Below, piece by piece: positions 48,023 through 56,651 of a stretch of DNA of 64,000 bases. Under the pieces are notes generated by a model. It saw only the letters and a program-made list of their open reading frames with translations. It was not told where the DNA came from and searched no databases. Both the position numbers and the translations under genes were made by a program. Origin of the DNA: an uncultured bacterium (lineage in GTDB: Bacteria > Patescibacteriota > Dojkabacteria > J137); the NCBI GenBank assembly GCA_963700155.1, contig OY969472.1, positions 445,511 through 509,510 of the forward strand. Direction: 5' to 3'. Positions within the stretch are counted from its first letter, which is position 1; the number at the start of each line of letters is the position of its first letter.

Positions 48023-48964
48023 ATGGGAATCTTGGAAAACATACCTTTTGTAGTAAATAATTCAAAATATGTAAATATTAATTTTGCAGAAATTGATAAC
48101 TTCTCTAACTGTAATCTAGAATTTAAGACTGATAACTCAATACTTGAGTATAAATTTAAAAATACAAAAAACACTTTAGAGTTCCTATTTATGTTTTCAT
48201 TATTAAATTTTTGTTTTTGGAATCTTCTTGAAAGTTGGGAATTCACAATCAAAAATAAAACCTATCGTAGAAGTGAAGCAATGTTAAAAGCTTTGAAGCT
48301 TTTTTACTCAAAAAGACTTAACTACAAAACTTCGGATGTATTGTTTCAACTTAGTGACAGACGTGTTTTAACTGAAGCTTTATTCGGAGCAAAAAATCTT
48401 CAATTAATTGATAAGAGGACGGAGAATCTTCGTGAAGCAGCAGTTATATTAAATGAAAATTTTGGTGGATATTTCTATAAATTTTTATATAATCATAAAC
48501 TTGAAGCCCCAACATTAATAAAAGATATATTAGATAATTTCCCTAATTTCAGTGATGAGAGTAATTATAAGGGTAAAAGCATTACCTTTAACAAAAGAGT
48601 TCAGGCTCTAGTCGCGTATATTTATTATTGCAATTTAAAGGATTATCAAATTATCAAAATTGATTATTTGACCGCTTTAGCTGATTATAGACTCCCTCAA
48701 ATACTACGAGTATTAAAGATCCTTAACTATTCCGAAGAATTAACAAATATTATCGATAAAAAAGATTTAATTCCTGCGGGTTCAGAAATGGAGGTTGAAA
48801 TAAGGGCTAATTCTGTATGGGCTGTTGAATTAATAAAGCAAGAGTTACAACAAAGAAGGAATTATATTAATGCAATAGACATTGATAACTTACTTTGGAA
48901 TAAAGCTAAAAAATCAGACTTAAAATTAAAACCTCATCATTTAACAGTAACTTCGAATTACTAA
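48023..48964 (+). CDS. DUF2419/Qng1-family protein (queuosine-nucleoside/queuosine-5'-phosphate glycosylase; queuine salvage)
   Basis: Blocks recalled from human C9orf64/Qng1 align: LNFCFW..ESWEFT (hs LNFCFWPDPGWEVT), DESNYKGKSITFNKRVQALV (hs DEAPYKGRPVTFYKRAQILV), LTALADYRLPQILRVL (hs LTMFADYRVPQIL), IPAGSEMEVEIRANSVWAVELI (hs IPHGDRTEIEIRGCSLWAVELL), C-terminal KPHHLTVTSNY (hs HHPHHRTLTLY). Confidence 0.6.
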   Translation: MGILENIPFVVNNSKYVNINFAEIDNFSNCNLEFKTDNSILEYKFKNTKNTLEFLFMFSLLNFCFWNLLESWEFTIKNKTYRRSEAMLKALKLFYSKRLNYKTSDVLFQLSDRRVLTEALFGAKNLQLIDKRTENLREAAVILNENFGGYFYKFLYNHKLEAPTLIKDILDNFPNFSDESNYKGKSITFNKRVQALVAYIYYCNLKDYQIIKIDYLTALADYRLPQILRVLKILNYSEELTNIIDKKDLIPAGSEMEVEIRANSVWAVELIKQELQQRRNYINAIDIDNLLWNKAKKSDLKLKPHHLTVTSNY

Positions 48965-49022
48965 TTTATTTACAAATATGTTTATTATTGTATAATTCAA
49001 CAAATTTATTATCACCTATTCA

Positions 49023-49748
49023 ATGAATGGCCTAAGTATTGGGGAAAAAGTTAGAAATTTTAGGTTACGTACAAAAATAAGCCAATTAGAACTAGAGATA
49101 GAAATAGGGGCATCATCTGGTAGTATTAGTAGAATTGAGAATAATTTAACAAATCCTACAAAAGAAACTTTACTAAAAATAGCTGACATTTTATCTTTGA
49201 ATTTTTCAGAAAAAACTGAATTATTAGGACTTGGTTATAATGAGGTAGAAAAATATATACCAAATAGATTTCTAAATCAAAAAATAAATAATGATACTTC
49301 CTTAAATAACATTATTAATACTAAATTCTTTGAGTTTTCCTATGTAAAAGGTAAAGATTTCTTTATCAAAGAATGTGACTCAAGTTTACAAATTCCATCA
49401 AATGAAGTCTTTTATATTCAAAATATACATAACTGGAGAAAGGTTTATTCTGAGCAAGAAGCAAATACTTACCATGTTCCAAGAAGAATGGGTATGATGA
49501 AATACGCAAAATTTTTAATAAATTATTGTGATCAAGGTCTAAACTTCAAAAGTGAAGATGACAAATTTTATAGAGAAACAAGGTTAATTAAAGAGAAGGT
49601 TGTCTTTGATTTTTCTTTGATGATAGAACAATCAACCATAACAGTATTCTTATCTGATCCTAATATAATAGCACTTACTATTAAGGACAAAGATCGGGCT
49701 GATAAAGCAAGAAAAATTTTTAATGCTATATGGGAAAATAATAGTTAA
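49023..49748 (+). CDS. XRE-family HTH transcriptional regulator with uncharacterised C-terminal domain
   Basis: The N-terminal IGEKVRNFRLRTKISQLELEIEIGASSGSISRIENNLTNPTKETLLKIADILSL is a Cro/C1-type HTH. The following roughly 170 aa are unassigned. Confidence 0.6.
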   Translation: MNGLSIGEKVRNFRLRTKISQLELEIEIGASSGSISRIENNLTNPTKETLLKIADILSLNFSEKTELLGLGYNEVEKYIPNRFLNQKINNDTSLNNIINTKFFEFSYVKGKDFFIKECDSSLQIPSNEVFYIQNIHNWRKVYSEQEANTYHVPRRMGMMKYAKFLINYCDQGLNFKSEDDKFYRETRLIKEKVVFDFSLMIEQSTITVFLSDPNIIALTIKDKDRADKARKIFNAIWENNS

Positions 49749-49811
49749 GTCTGCAGAACTCGTACTCCCTCCTATACTACATTAAAATATTACTAAGTTA
49801 CAATATCTATA

Positions 49812-50117
49812 TCAGCATGGGGGTGTCAAACTTTCTAGACCATTCATATAATCTTCGATAATACTTTTTACTTTTTCATAATCAAAAGGTTCATCACCTT
49901 CTTCTTCTAACCTTAGCATAAATTTATACCAACTATCTACCCATCCCCAAATATGTTCTTCTGAACCTTGCAAAGTTCCCGTCTTTGTTTTTATTTCAAG
50001 AATAAATTCATATGCCGAAGTTATAAAATCTTCCTCCCTTCCAGTCAGAACTAGATCCTGACTTTCTTCATCATCGTCTTCTAGATAAATATTATTTAAA
50101 TTATTATCATCATTCAT
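49812..50117 (-). CDS. Hypothetical small acidic protein
   Basis: 101 aa. The N-terminus is strongly acidic (MNDDNNLNNIYLEDDDEESQD). No recognisable motif. Confidence 0.4.
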   Translation of the reverse strand: MNDDNNLNNIYLEDDDEESQDLVLTGREEDFITSAYEFILEIKTKTGTLQGSEEHIWGWVDSWYKFMLRLEEEGDEPFDYEKVKSIIEDYMNGLESLTPPC

Positions 50118-50333
50118 TTATTGTTTTATAATATAGTTTAACTATTCTCAAGCTGTAATTAAAGTTTTGTGAATTATATCATGTGAATCACAAACCTCCT
50201 AGCAGAGAATACACTATCCGCTAATATTATTGCGCCATGTCATCCTAAGTTAGAGACGAGTATAAATAACTAATTCAAATTAACACTAGTAAAGGTAGAA
50301 AATTTTGATTTCAATACATATCGTAGATAAATT

Positions 50334-52142
50334 TTATAGACTTGTAATCTGGTAAAGATTATCTAATTTAAACCCTCTCTTATCATAATATTCTCTTGTT
50401 CCAATGCTAGAAATAACTGCGAGTTTCTCAAAACCTTTTTCCTTCGAAATTTCTTTCGCTTTCTCAATTAATTTTGTCCCTAAACCAAGGTGCTGCGCTT
50501 CACCAGCTGAATCTTTTTTAAGTTCTAAACTTGGACCATAAACATGAACTTCCCGTATAACAGCGCAGCCACTTAGCTCAGAAGTTATTGGATTCTCATT
50601 TGAATCAGGAACAGAAAGTCGTAAAAAACCTGCTATTGATCTATCTAAAGCAATATACTGCAAGAAATATTCAGTCGTTAATTCTGTTCTATATTCAATA
50701 ATATCAAGCTTTAAATCATCAATCGTTACTTTTCTCCCTTTGATCTCTCTGTTCCTAATATTTGGATTTTTCCTGCCTTCATCTTTAAGTTTATATTCAG
50801 CAACTTCCCGAAGATTTGTAGTTTTATTTCCACCTTCAATTTCTTGAGAAGGAATATCTCGAATAATTCTTGTTAATCTACAATATTCTGGAGTATTCTC
50901 CATACAGTCTGCTATTAAATTTATAAGATCGTCTGCAGAATATGGTTGATATTTTCCTTCCAGAAATAAATTATAAAGCTCAGTGTTTTTTATTACCGAA
51001 GTAGGATAAATTTTTAATTCATCTGGCTTATAACTCTCCGATTCAAATAATTCTTTATAGACTTGAAGATCAATCTTAGGAGTTGCACCATAAAGGTTCG
51101 GCATTATATGTGCATGGATTTTAAAACCACCTGCTCTCAAGAGTTGAAAAGCTTTAGAAGTCTCAGCTCGGTGCTCACCACGCTTATTTAAATCGCTAAT
51201 ATTGTCATCCAGAGTCTGAATTCCTATCTGAATCTTTGTAGCACCGAGCTTTCGAAGATCATAAACCTCTTTCTCGGTGATTGTATCAGGGCGAGTCTCC
51301 AAGACGAGCCCAACACAACGGCTTTTTCCATTAGAATTTATATTTTGTTCTGAAACTAATTGTTCCCAAAGTTCATCTAAAGAAATTTTGGATAAATCAT
51401 CCTCAGAGATAAATTTTGAAATATATTCTTTGAACTCAGGGGTTTGAAGAAGCTGGTTATATGGTTTATCTCCAGTTTTTTTTCGAAGCTCATCATTAAA
51501 ATCATTTTCCAAGTCCTTTGTTATATCTACCTGTGATAAATCCTGATCATTTTCTTTAGAATTTTTTGTATGAAACTCATTCATTGCCCTAAAACATTCT
51601 TTAATAAACCAGACTTGATACTTTTTTGGATAATATACCCAAGTACCACCAAGAATTAGCAATTCTATTTTCTCAGTCGGATGCCCAATATTATCTAGCG
51701 CTTTTAAGCGATTGTAGACTTGAATATACGGATTAAATCTGTACATTAAAGCTCTCTGAGCACCTGGTTCAGTTGCGATATAGCTTTTAGGCATTCTTAC
51801 ATCATTAGGGCAAAATATGCAGTTCCCAGGGCATGCAAATGGCTTTGTAAGTACAGTTACTGTTGTAACTCCCGAAATTGTTCGCGTTGGCTTCATGCGG
51901 ATTTGAGATTTAAGTTCTTCAATTTGAGATCTTAAATTTTCATTATACTTATCTTCCCCAGCTAAAAACTCAAATCCGCGAATTAACTGATCTCTGCTAA
52001 AGATTTGGTTTTTATCTTTTGGATATTTCTTCAGAATTTTATCTAAAGCATGTTTTGAGAAAGTATCTAAAGACAAGGTTTCATCCAAAATTCCCTTTAG
52101 CTCAATTCTATATTTTTCAGGTTTAAAGTCATAATTCTTCAT
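50334..52142 (-). CDS. Elongator Elp3-like tRNA uridine(34) carboxymethyl/acetyl-transferase (radical-SAM + GNAT)
   Basis: The radical-SAM cluster motif is FACPGNCIFCPN. KSYIATEPGAQRAL and QIGIQTLDD are Elp3-type motifs. The C-terminal GNAT domain is (IREVHVYGPSL...AQHLGLGTKLIEKAKEISKEKGFEKLAVISSIGTREYYDKRGF). 602 aa. Confidence 0.8.
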   Translation of the reverse strand: MKNYDFKPEKYRIELKGILDETLSLDTFSKHALDKILKKYPKDKNQIFSRDQLIRGFEFLAGEDKYNENLRSQIEELKSQIRMKPTRTISGVTTVTVLTKPFACPGNCIFCPNDVRMPKSYIATEPGAQRALMYRFNPYIQVYNRLKALDNIGHPTEKIELLILGGTWVYYPKKYQVWFIKECFRAMNEFHTKNSKENDQDLSQVDITKDLENDFNDELRKKTGDKPYNQLLQTPEFKEYISKFISEDDLSKISLDELWEQLVSEQNINSNGKSRCVGLVLETRPDTITEKEVYDLRKLGATKIQIGIQTLDDNISDLNKRGEHRAETSKAFQLLRAGGFKIHAHIMPNLYGATPKIDLQVYKELFESESYKPDELKIYPTSVIKNTELYNLFLEGKYQPYSADDLINLIADCMENTPEYCRLTRIIRDIPSQEIEGGNKTTNLREVAEYKLKDEGRKNPNIRNREIKGRKVTIDDLKLDIIEYRTELTTEYFLQYIALDRSIAGFLRLSVPDSNENPITSELSGCAVIREVHVYGPSLELKKDSAGEAQHLGLGTKLIEKAKEISKEKGFEKLAVISSIGTREYYDKRGFKLDNLYQITSL

Positions 52143-52192
52143 CCGCTAATTTTAACATGCAGACTTAAACATAAAACTGATAAAATACATAT

Positions 52193-52945
52193 ATGAACTT
52201 GTATTCTAAATATGCAAAAGAGTTTTCTAACACACGAAAGTTACCATGGGCGGGCTGGGCAGTTATGGCTGAAAAGCTAAATCTGCAAAAGTTGCCCAGC
52301 CCGCTTAAAATCTTAGATCTTGGTTGTGGAAATGGCAGATTTGCGAAATATCTTTTAGAAAATGAAATCTCAGTTAATTATACAGGGATTGATAAATCTG
52401 CCGGGTTAATCTCAATCGCCCGAAATCAACTTTCAAAATTAAGATCTCTTGCTGACAGTGATCTTACCGAAAAGTATCAAGGAGTTAACAAAGATATCAA
52501 TTCTTTTAGAAATTCTAATTTCAAATTTTTAAGATTCAACCTCGAAAAAGATCCTTGGGAATCAGAACTTGACGGAGATTTTGATTTAATAGTCATATTT
52601 GGATTAATGCATCACATGTCATCTTTTAACTCAAGATTAGAGCTTTTAAAAAAATCAAAATCTCTTTTATCATCAAATGGATATTTAGCTGTTACTTACT
52701 GGCAATTTGGGAAACTAGATAGATATCAATATAAAATGCTTTCTGCAAACAAGCATATTGATAAATATAGCGATCAAGATTACTCACTCCCATTTGGCAA
52801 TACCAATGCAGTAAGATTCTGTCATTTCACAACCGAAGATGAAATAAAAGAACTTGAGAAACAATCTTCTTTAAATCTAAAGTATAATTTTGAAGCAGAC
52901 GGCAGGGAAAATAATGAGAATATTTATCGAATTTATTCTAAATGA
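52193..52945 (+). CDS. Trm9/ALKBH8-MT-like tRNA (cm5U->mcm5U) methyltransferase
   Basis: YAKEFSNTRKLPWAGW (Trm9: HFSQTRYKPWP), ILDLGCGNGRF (Trm9: IDVGCGNGKY), and MHHMSSFNSRLELLKK...GYLAVTYWQF (Trm9: VHHWSTRERR...ALIYCWALEQ). It is divergently adjacent to Elp3. Confidence 0.6.
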   Translation: MNLYSKYAKEFSNTRKLPWAGWAVMAEKLNLQKLPSPLKILDLGCGNGRFAKYLLENEISVNYTGIDKSAGLISIARNQLSKLRSLADSDLTEKYQGVNKDINSFRNSNFKFLRFNLEKDPWESELDGDFDLIVIFGLMHHMSSFNSRLELLKKSKSLLSSNGYLAVTYWQFGKLDRYQYKMLSANKHIDKYSDQDYSLPFGNTNAVRFCHFTTEDEIKELEKQSSLNLKYNFEADGRENNENIYRIYSK

Positions 52946-53583
52946 GATTCAGCACAAGACAATTAAAAACTCAACTATATATCTTTAGGCAAAAATACTT
53001 TACTTTAAGTACTTTTTTAAAGATATCATTTACATTAATAGTTATCTTCTTGGTATTACCTTTTTTTCTGGTTTTAATTGTTACAAGCGGTTATCAAAAA
53101 AAATTAATAAATTCTGTTGATAATATTCCTGAAGAACTTTCTACAGCAGTTTTAATCTCTGATAATAATAAGGATAATTTAAAATATCTTTTAGATTTAG
53201 CACAGAATGCTTATCAAGATAGAAAAATTAACTATCTTTATATTTATTTAATCGGTGATTCTAAGCAAGCAAAAGATTCTGATATTGAAGGTTATCTTGA
53301 TAAAATCCCCTCTGCTGAAATTAAAATAAATCGTGACAACAATACACCTTATGATATTTGTAATAGTACAAAAGATGTGTACAATTTGAGTAAATTTATT
53401 GTTTTTTCATTTACATCAACTGCAATAAGAACGACTTTCATCTGTAATAATATGAATTTATATTCAAAAGGAATTATCCCTAATGTTGATGAAGATTCAC
53501 TTGGAGTAACTTCTGCAAGTTTTACAGACTATTTAAATGATATTAATAAAATCTTTTTAGGATTTGAACTTCCTCTCAAGTAA
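52942..53583 (+). CDS. Membrane protein, possibly DUF218 (SanA/YdcF/ElyC-like)
   Basis: N-terminal TM (FLVLPFFLVLIVTSG). The segment ...NRDNNTPYDICNSTKDV loosely fits the DUF218 S-x-NT-x-EN motif. 4-nt overlap with the upstream gene. Confidence 0.35.
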   Translation: MRFSTRQLKTQLYIFRQKYFTLSTFLKISFTLIVIFLVLPFFLVLIVTSGYQKKLINSVDNIPEELSTAVLISDNNKDNLKYLLDLAQNAYQDRKINYLYIYLIGDSKQAKDSDIEGYLDKIPSAEIKINRDNNTPYDICNSTKDVYNLSKFIVFSFTSTAIRTTFICNNMNLYSKGIIPNVDEDSLGVTSASFTDYLNDINKIFLGFELPLK

Positions 53584-53622
53584 GATTGCAATAAACTTGT
53601 CTAAAATATAATATTAATAAGT

Positions 53623-54714
53623 ATGAATAATAAGAAGATAATTTTAATCATATTTGTAATTGTAGTAGTTCTTTGCGCTTTAGTCGTGACTATTCTGCTT
53701 CTTTTGCAAATCAACTCGAATCAGTCAACTGTTGAAAATCCTCCAACTTCTTATGTCTCTTATCCTAATGCTGTAGGTCCAGATGGTAAACCTATAGTTA
53801 AAGATTATGAATATGCACTTATAAATAAGGATGACAATATAAAAATAAAGACACTTTTAGGCGAAGAACTATTAATCAGCATTGATTCAAAAAACTGGAA
53901 AGAAGTTCAATGGTCTAAGGATGGATCTTATGTATCAGCCTTGGGAGAAACTAAAAAAGGAGTCTATAATCTATTTGTTTACAATATTAAAACTCAAGAT
54001 TGGAGACAAATTACAACTTTTGATAGTAATGGTGTTTCAAGTTATCAATGGGTAAATGATGACCAGTTATTATTTACCGAGGGTGGTTGGTTACATAGTT
54101 ATAAGTACTCATCAGTAAATGAGATTTTGAAAATTTACCAGATTGATGCTGTAATAGTTTCCTTAAGTCCCAACAAATCTACAGTAATACTAAAAAGTCC
54201 TTCAAATATATTTTCAATTCTTTCTGTAGAAGGGAAATTACTTTTTACTTTAGATCAGATTAATATTAAAGGCAGTGATCAAACTTTAAAGATTAAAGAA
54301 ATTCATTATAATGCAGACTCAGAAACATTGTTACTGATAACAGATACCAACAAATTCTATGATTGGGGATTAGGAGATTCTGAAGCAACAGAACTAACAA
54401 TAAATTCGGGTAATATTAAATTAAGTTCAGTAAATATTATGTGCTCTGAAGAAATTGATAAGTTTAAAACTTATACATTAACTAGTAGTGAAGTTGACTT
54501 TTACAATCTAGACCTTAATAACAATAAATTAAATTCTGTAACAACTAAAACTTCAGAAGAAAAAATAAGTAGTACACTTTTCCAGTGTTTAACTCAAGAT
54601 GATTTTATATTTGACATCGTTAATACCGATAAAAATAACTGGTATGAAGTAAAAGGTGATAAAATTGACCGACTCGTAGTTTTAGATGAAGCTGTAGAAG
54701 CTGCAATGAAATAA
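53623..54714 (+). CDS. Hypothetical membrane-anchored protein (N-terminal TM; possible beta-propeller/TolB-like ectodomain)
   Basis: 363 aa. The TM is IILIIFVIVVVLCALVVTILLLL. It has repeated W-x-x-DG/ND motifs (WSKDGSYVS, YQWVNDDQLLF). Confidence 0.4.
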   Translation: MNNKKIILIIFVIVVVLCALVVTILLLLQINSNQSTVENPPTSYVSYPNAVGPDGKPIVKDYEYALINKDDNIKIKTLLGEELLISIDSKNWKEVQWSKDGSYVSALGETKKGVYNLFVYNIKTQDWRQITTFDSNGVSSYQWVNDDQLLFTEGGWLHSYKYSSVNEILKIYQIDAVIVSLSPNKSTVILKSPSNIFSILSVEGKLLFTLDQINIKGSDQTLKIKEIHYNADSETLLLITDTNKFYDWGLGDSEATELTINSGNIKLSSVNIMCSEEIDKFKTYTLTSSEVDFYNLDLNNNKLNSVTTKTSEEKISSTLFQCLTQDDFIFDIVNTDKNNWYEVKGDKIDRLVVLDEAVEAAMK

Positions 54715-54731
54715 TATTTTAAAAAAAATTT

Positions 54732-55085
54732 ATGCCACCAACTTCGGAAGAAATCGTAAAAAATGCAGAAGAGATTTTAAAAAATGAAGATCCTAACTTC
54801 GATAAAGAAGATATGGATAATGAGCAGATTCTGAACGAATTTATACTTCCAGGACTAAAGAACTCTAAAGATACTTTAAGCTCTATTTATGACTTCAGGA
54901 GTCGAAATCGGGCGGGTTTTTTAGGGAGGCTGAAAAGTATGCTGCAAAACAAGATAATAAACACAGTAATCAATGTCATGGAAAAACCCGCCATGAAGCA
55001 GCAGAAATTCAACGAACTAACCTACAAAGCTATCGAAGCTTTAATAAAAGAGAATGAAGAGTTAAAGAAGAAACTCCAGTCTTAA
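54732..55085 (+). CDS. Hypothetical protein
   Basis: 117 aa, charged and helical. No motif recognised. Tight 17-nt spacing from the upstream gene suggests co-transcription. Confidence 0.4.
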   Translation: MPPTSEEIVKNAEEILKNEDPNFDKEDMDNEQILNEFILPGLKNSKDTLSSIYDFRSRNRAGFLGRLKSMLQNKIINTVINVMEKPAMKQQKFNELTYKAIEALIKENEELKKKLQS

Positions 55086-55140
55086 ATCATAAATGATATA
55101 ATCAACCAAATTACTTTGTGTTATAGATTATTACCCTTTT

Positions 55141-55905
55141 ATGTCCCCTGATAATTTTAAACAGAAAAATAGTATAAAAGAACTTCCTCAGCCAAAAGAA
55201 CTCTTTGTTATCCAAATTATTTTTGCAAAAAAAATTTCTGATTTGATAAACATTTCTTTTGAAGAAGCACTTTTAAAATATACTTCTTTTTATAAACGCA
55301 TTGGTATCCTCGACTGGGATTATAACGAAGATAACCCCAAATGGATAGAATTTTTAAATAGAATACATTCTGGAGTTGATCCAGCAGAAATAGCATACTC
55401 AATGTATTTAGATGATTTTCAAAAATCGAATGAGTATTCTAAACCCAGAAGTTGTTTTTCATATAATTATGATGAAAGTGAAAAAACTGTCTCGATTCAC
55501 TTTAGAAATAATTTTGCTAATCATGAAAGTCCATTATCAGATAGCAACAAAAACACTCGAGTAGAAGAATTAACAAGTATGTTCAAAGAGATAAAATCAA
55601 AATACCCTGAAGCACAGAGTGTTGAATGTGGCACATGGTTATTGGCATATGATTCCTTTAAAAGTTTTTTCCCTTTAGAATTTACTCAACATTTAGAAGA
55701 ACTTAAAGTTGGAAATAGAGGAATGGCTATATGGGGACAATTTATAACTAGCTCAGGACAGATAAATTATGAACGAATGGAACAGTTTTTAACTGCAGCA
55801 GAGAATTCGAAAAATATGCATGAATTACTTGATGCTTTCCCAATAAAATTTTACAAAGCTCTAACTGATATAAAATTCTTTTATGAATATTTACGGATAA
55901 AATAA
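55141..55905 (+). CDS. Hypothetical protein
   Basis: 254-aa ORF. No motif recognised. Confidence 0.4.
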   Translation: MSPDNFKQKNSIKELPQPKELFVIQIIFAKKISDLINISFEEALLKYTSFYKRIGILDWDYNEDNPKWIEFLNRIHSGVDPAEIAYSMYLDDFQKSNEYSKPRSCFSYNYDESEKTVSIHFRNNFANHESPLSDSNKNTRVEELTSMFKEIKSKYPEAQSVECGTWLLAYDSFKSFFPLEFTQHLEELKVGNRGMAIWGQFITSSGQINYERMEQFLTAAENSKNMHELLDAFPIKFYKALTDIKFFYEYLRIK

Positions 55906-55931
55906 TTGACACAACATGTTTTAATTCTAGA

Positions 55932-56408
55932 TTACACAACCTCATCATAATCCACCAAAAACCATTTATTATTTCTTAGTTCTAATGATTTTCTCAAATC
56001 ATAAAATTGAAATTCAAATTCTTCAGTATTTTCTTGAGATTTCTCAAAAGTTATTTCTATATCATTATTAAATTTGAAATAACCACCACTTTCTTCTAAT
56101 GAAATATCTATCAAGTTCAATTTTCTAGTTGATAGTTCTTCCAAAGTATCTGAAATTTCTTGATCATTAGAAGTCTTTATATCCAGAATCGTTCTTTTTT
56201 TTTCTAGAATTTTCCAGTACCGAGTTAAGTGAATTATAAATTCATAAAGACTATAGGTTCTCTTCTTGCCATGAACTTCATATGTCCTTTTTACTCTAAA
56301 ATCTCCTAAATCAACCCACAAATGTGTTCCTATCGACCACCAAATCTTTTGTAAAGGTCTGTTTAAAATTCTATTTATATATTTTTCTGAATTAGTAATT
56401 TTCTTCAT
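55932..56408 (-). CDS. Hypothetical protein
   Basis: 158-aa ORF, convergent with 55141-55905. No motif recognised. Confidence 0.4.
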   Translation of the reverse strand: MKKITNSEKYINRILNRPLQKIWWSIGTHLWVDLGDFRVKRTYEVHGKKRTYSLYEFIIHLTRYWKILEKKRTILDIKTSNDQEISDTLEELSTRKLNLIDISLEESGGYFKFNNDIEITFEKSQENTEEFEFQFYDLRKSLELRNNKWFLVDYDEVV

Positions 56409-56439
56409 AATCTATTATAGCAAATGGAATGTAACAGAA

Positions 56440-56640
56440 TTTTATTGTATAATTCATTAAATGCATTAACAGTTCGGATTAACGTCACCGAGCAAGCTGG
56501 AAGAAGAAATTATATTAAAGTAGATCTTCCCGGGACAAGCCCGTTAAAGCTTATGACAAGAGTCCTGGAGCTCCTTCAGGAAATAGAGGTGGTAACGCTC
56601 TTTCAGAGTCCTCTTAATTCAGATATTATATAAATATTAA
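56440..56640 (+). promoter_or_regulatory. Candidate T-box riboswitch leader for valS (valine GUC specifier candidate; T-box-like antiterminator element)
   Basis: A relatively GC-rich untranslated region immediately upstream of valS. 56581-56613 reads AAAUAGAGG-UGGUAAC-GCUCU-uuc-AGAGU-CCUC, where the T-box consensus is AAUUAGGG-UGGNACC-GCG. That is a 7-nt UGGN-type bulge flanked by two short helices. Upstream, AACGUCACC (56481-56489) could present a GUC (Val) specifier followed by a purine. No canonical downstream terminator is visible. Confidence 0.45.
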
Positions 56641-56651
56641 TACGATTTAAA

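Noticed and set aside
56424-56633. 69-aa ORF upstream of valS
   Set aside because: The region is better explained as an untranslated regulatory leader (T-box-like antiterminator element). The ORF has no RBS context or motif and an atypical GC composition for this genome.
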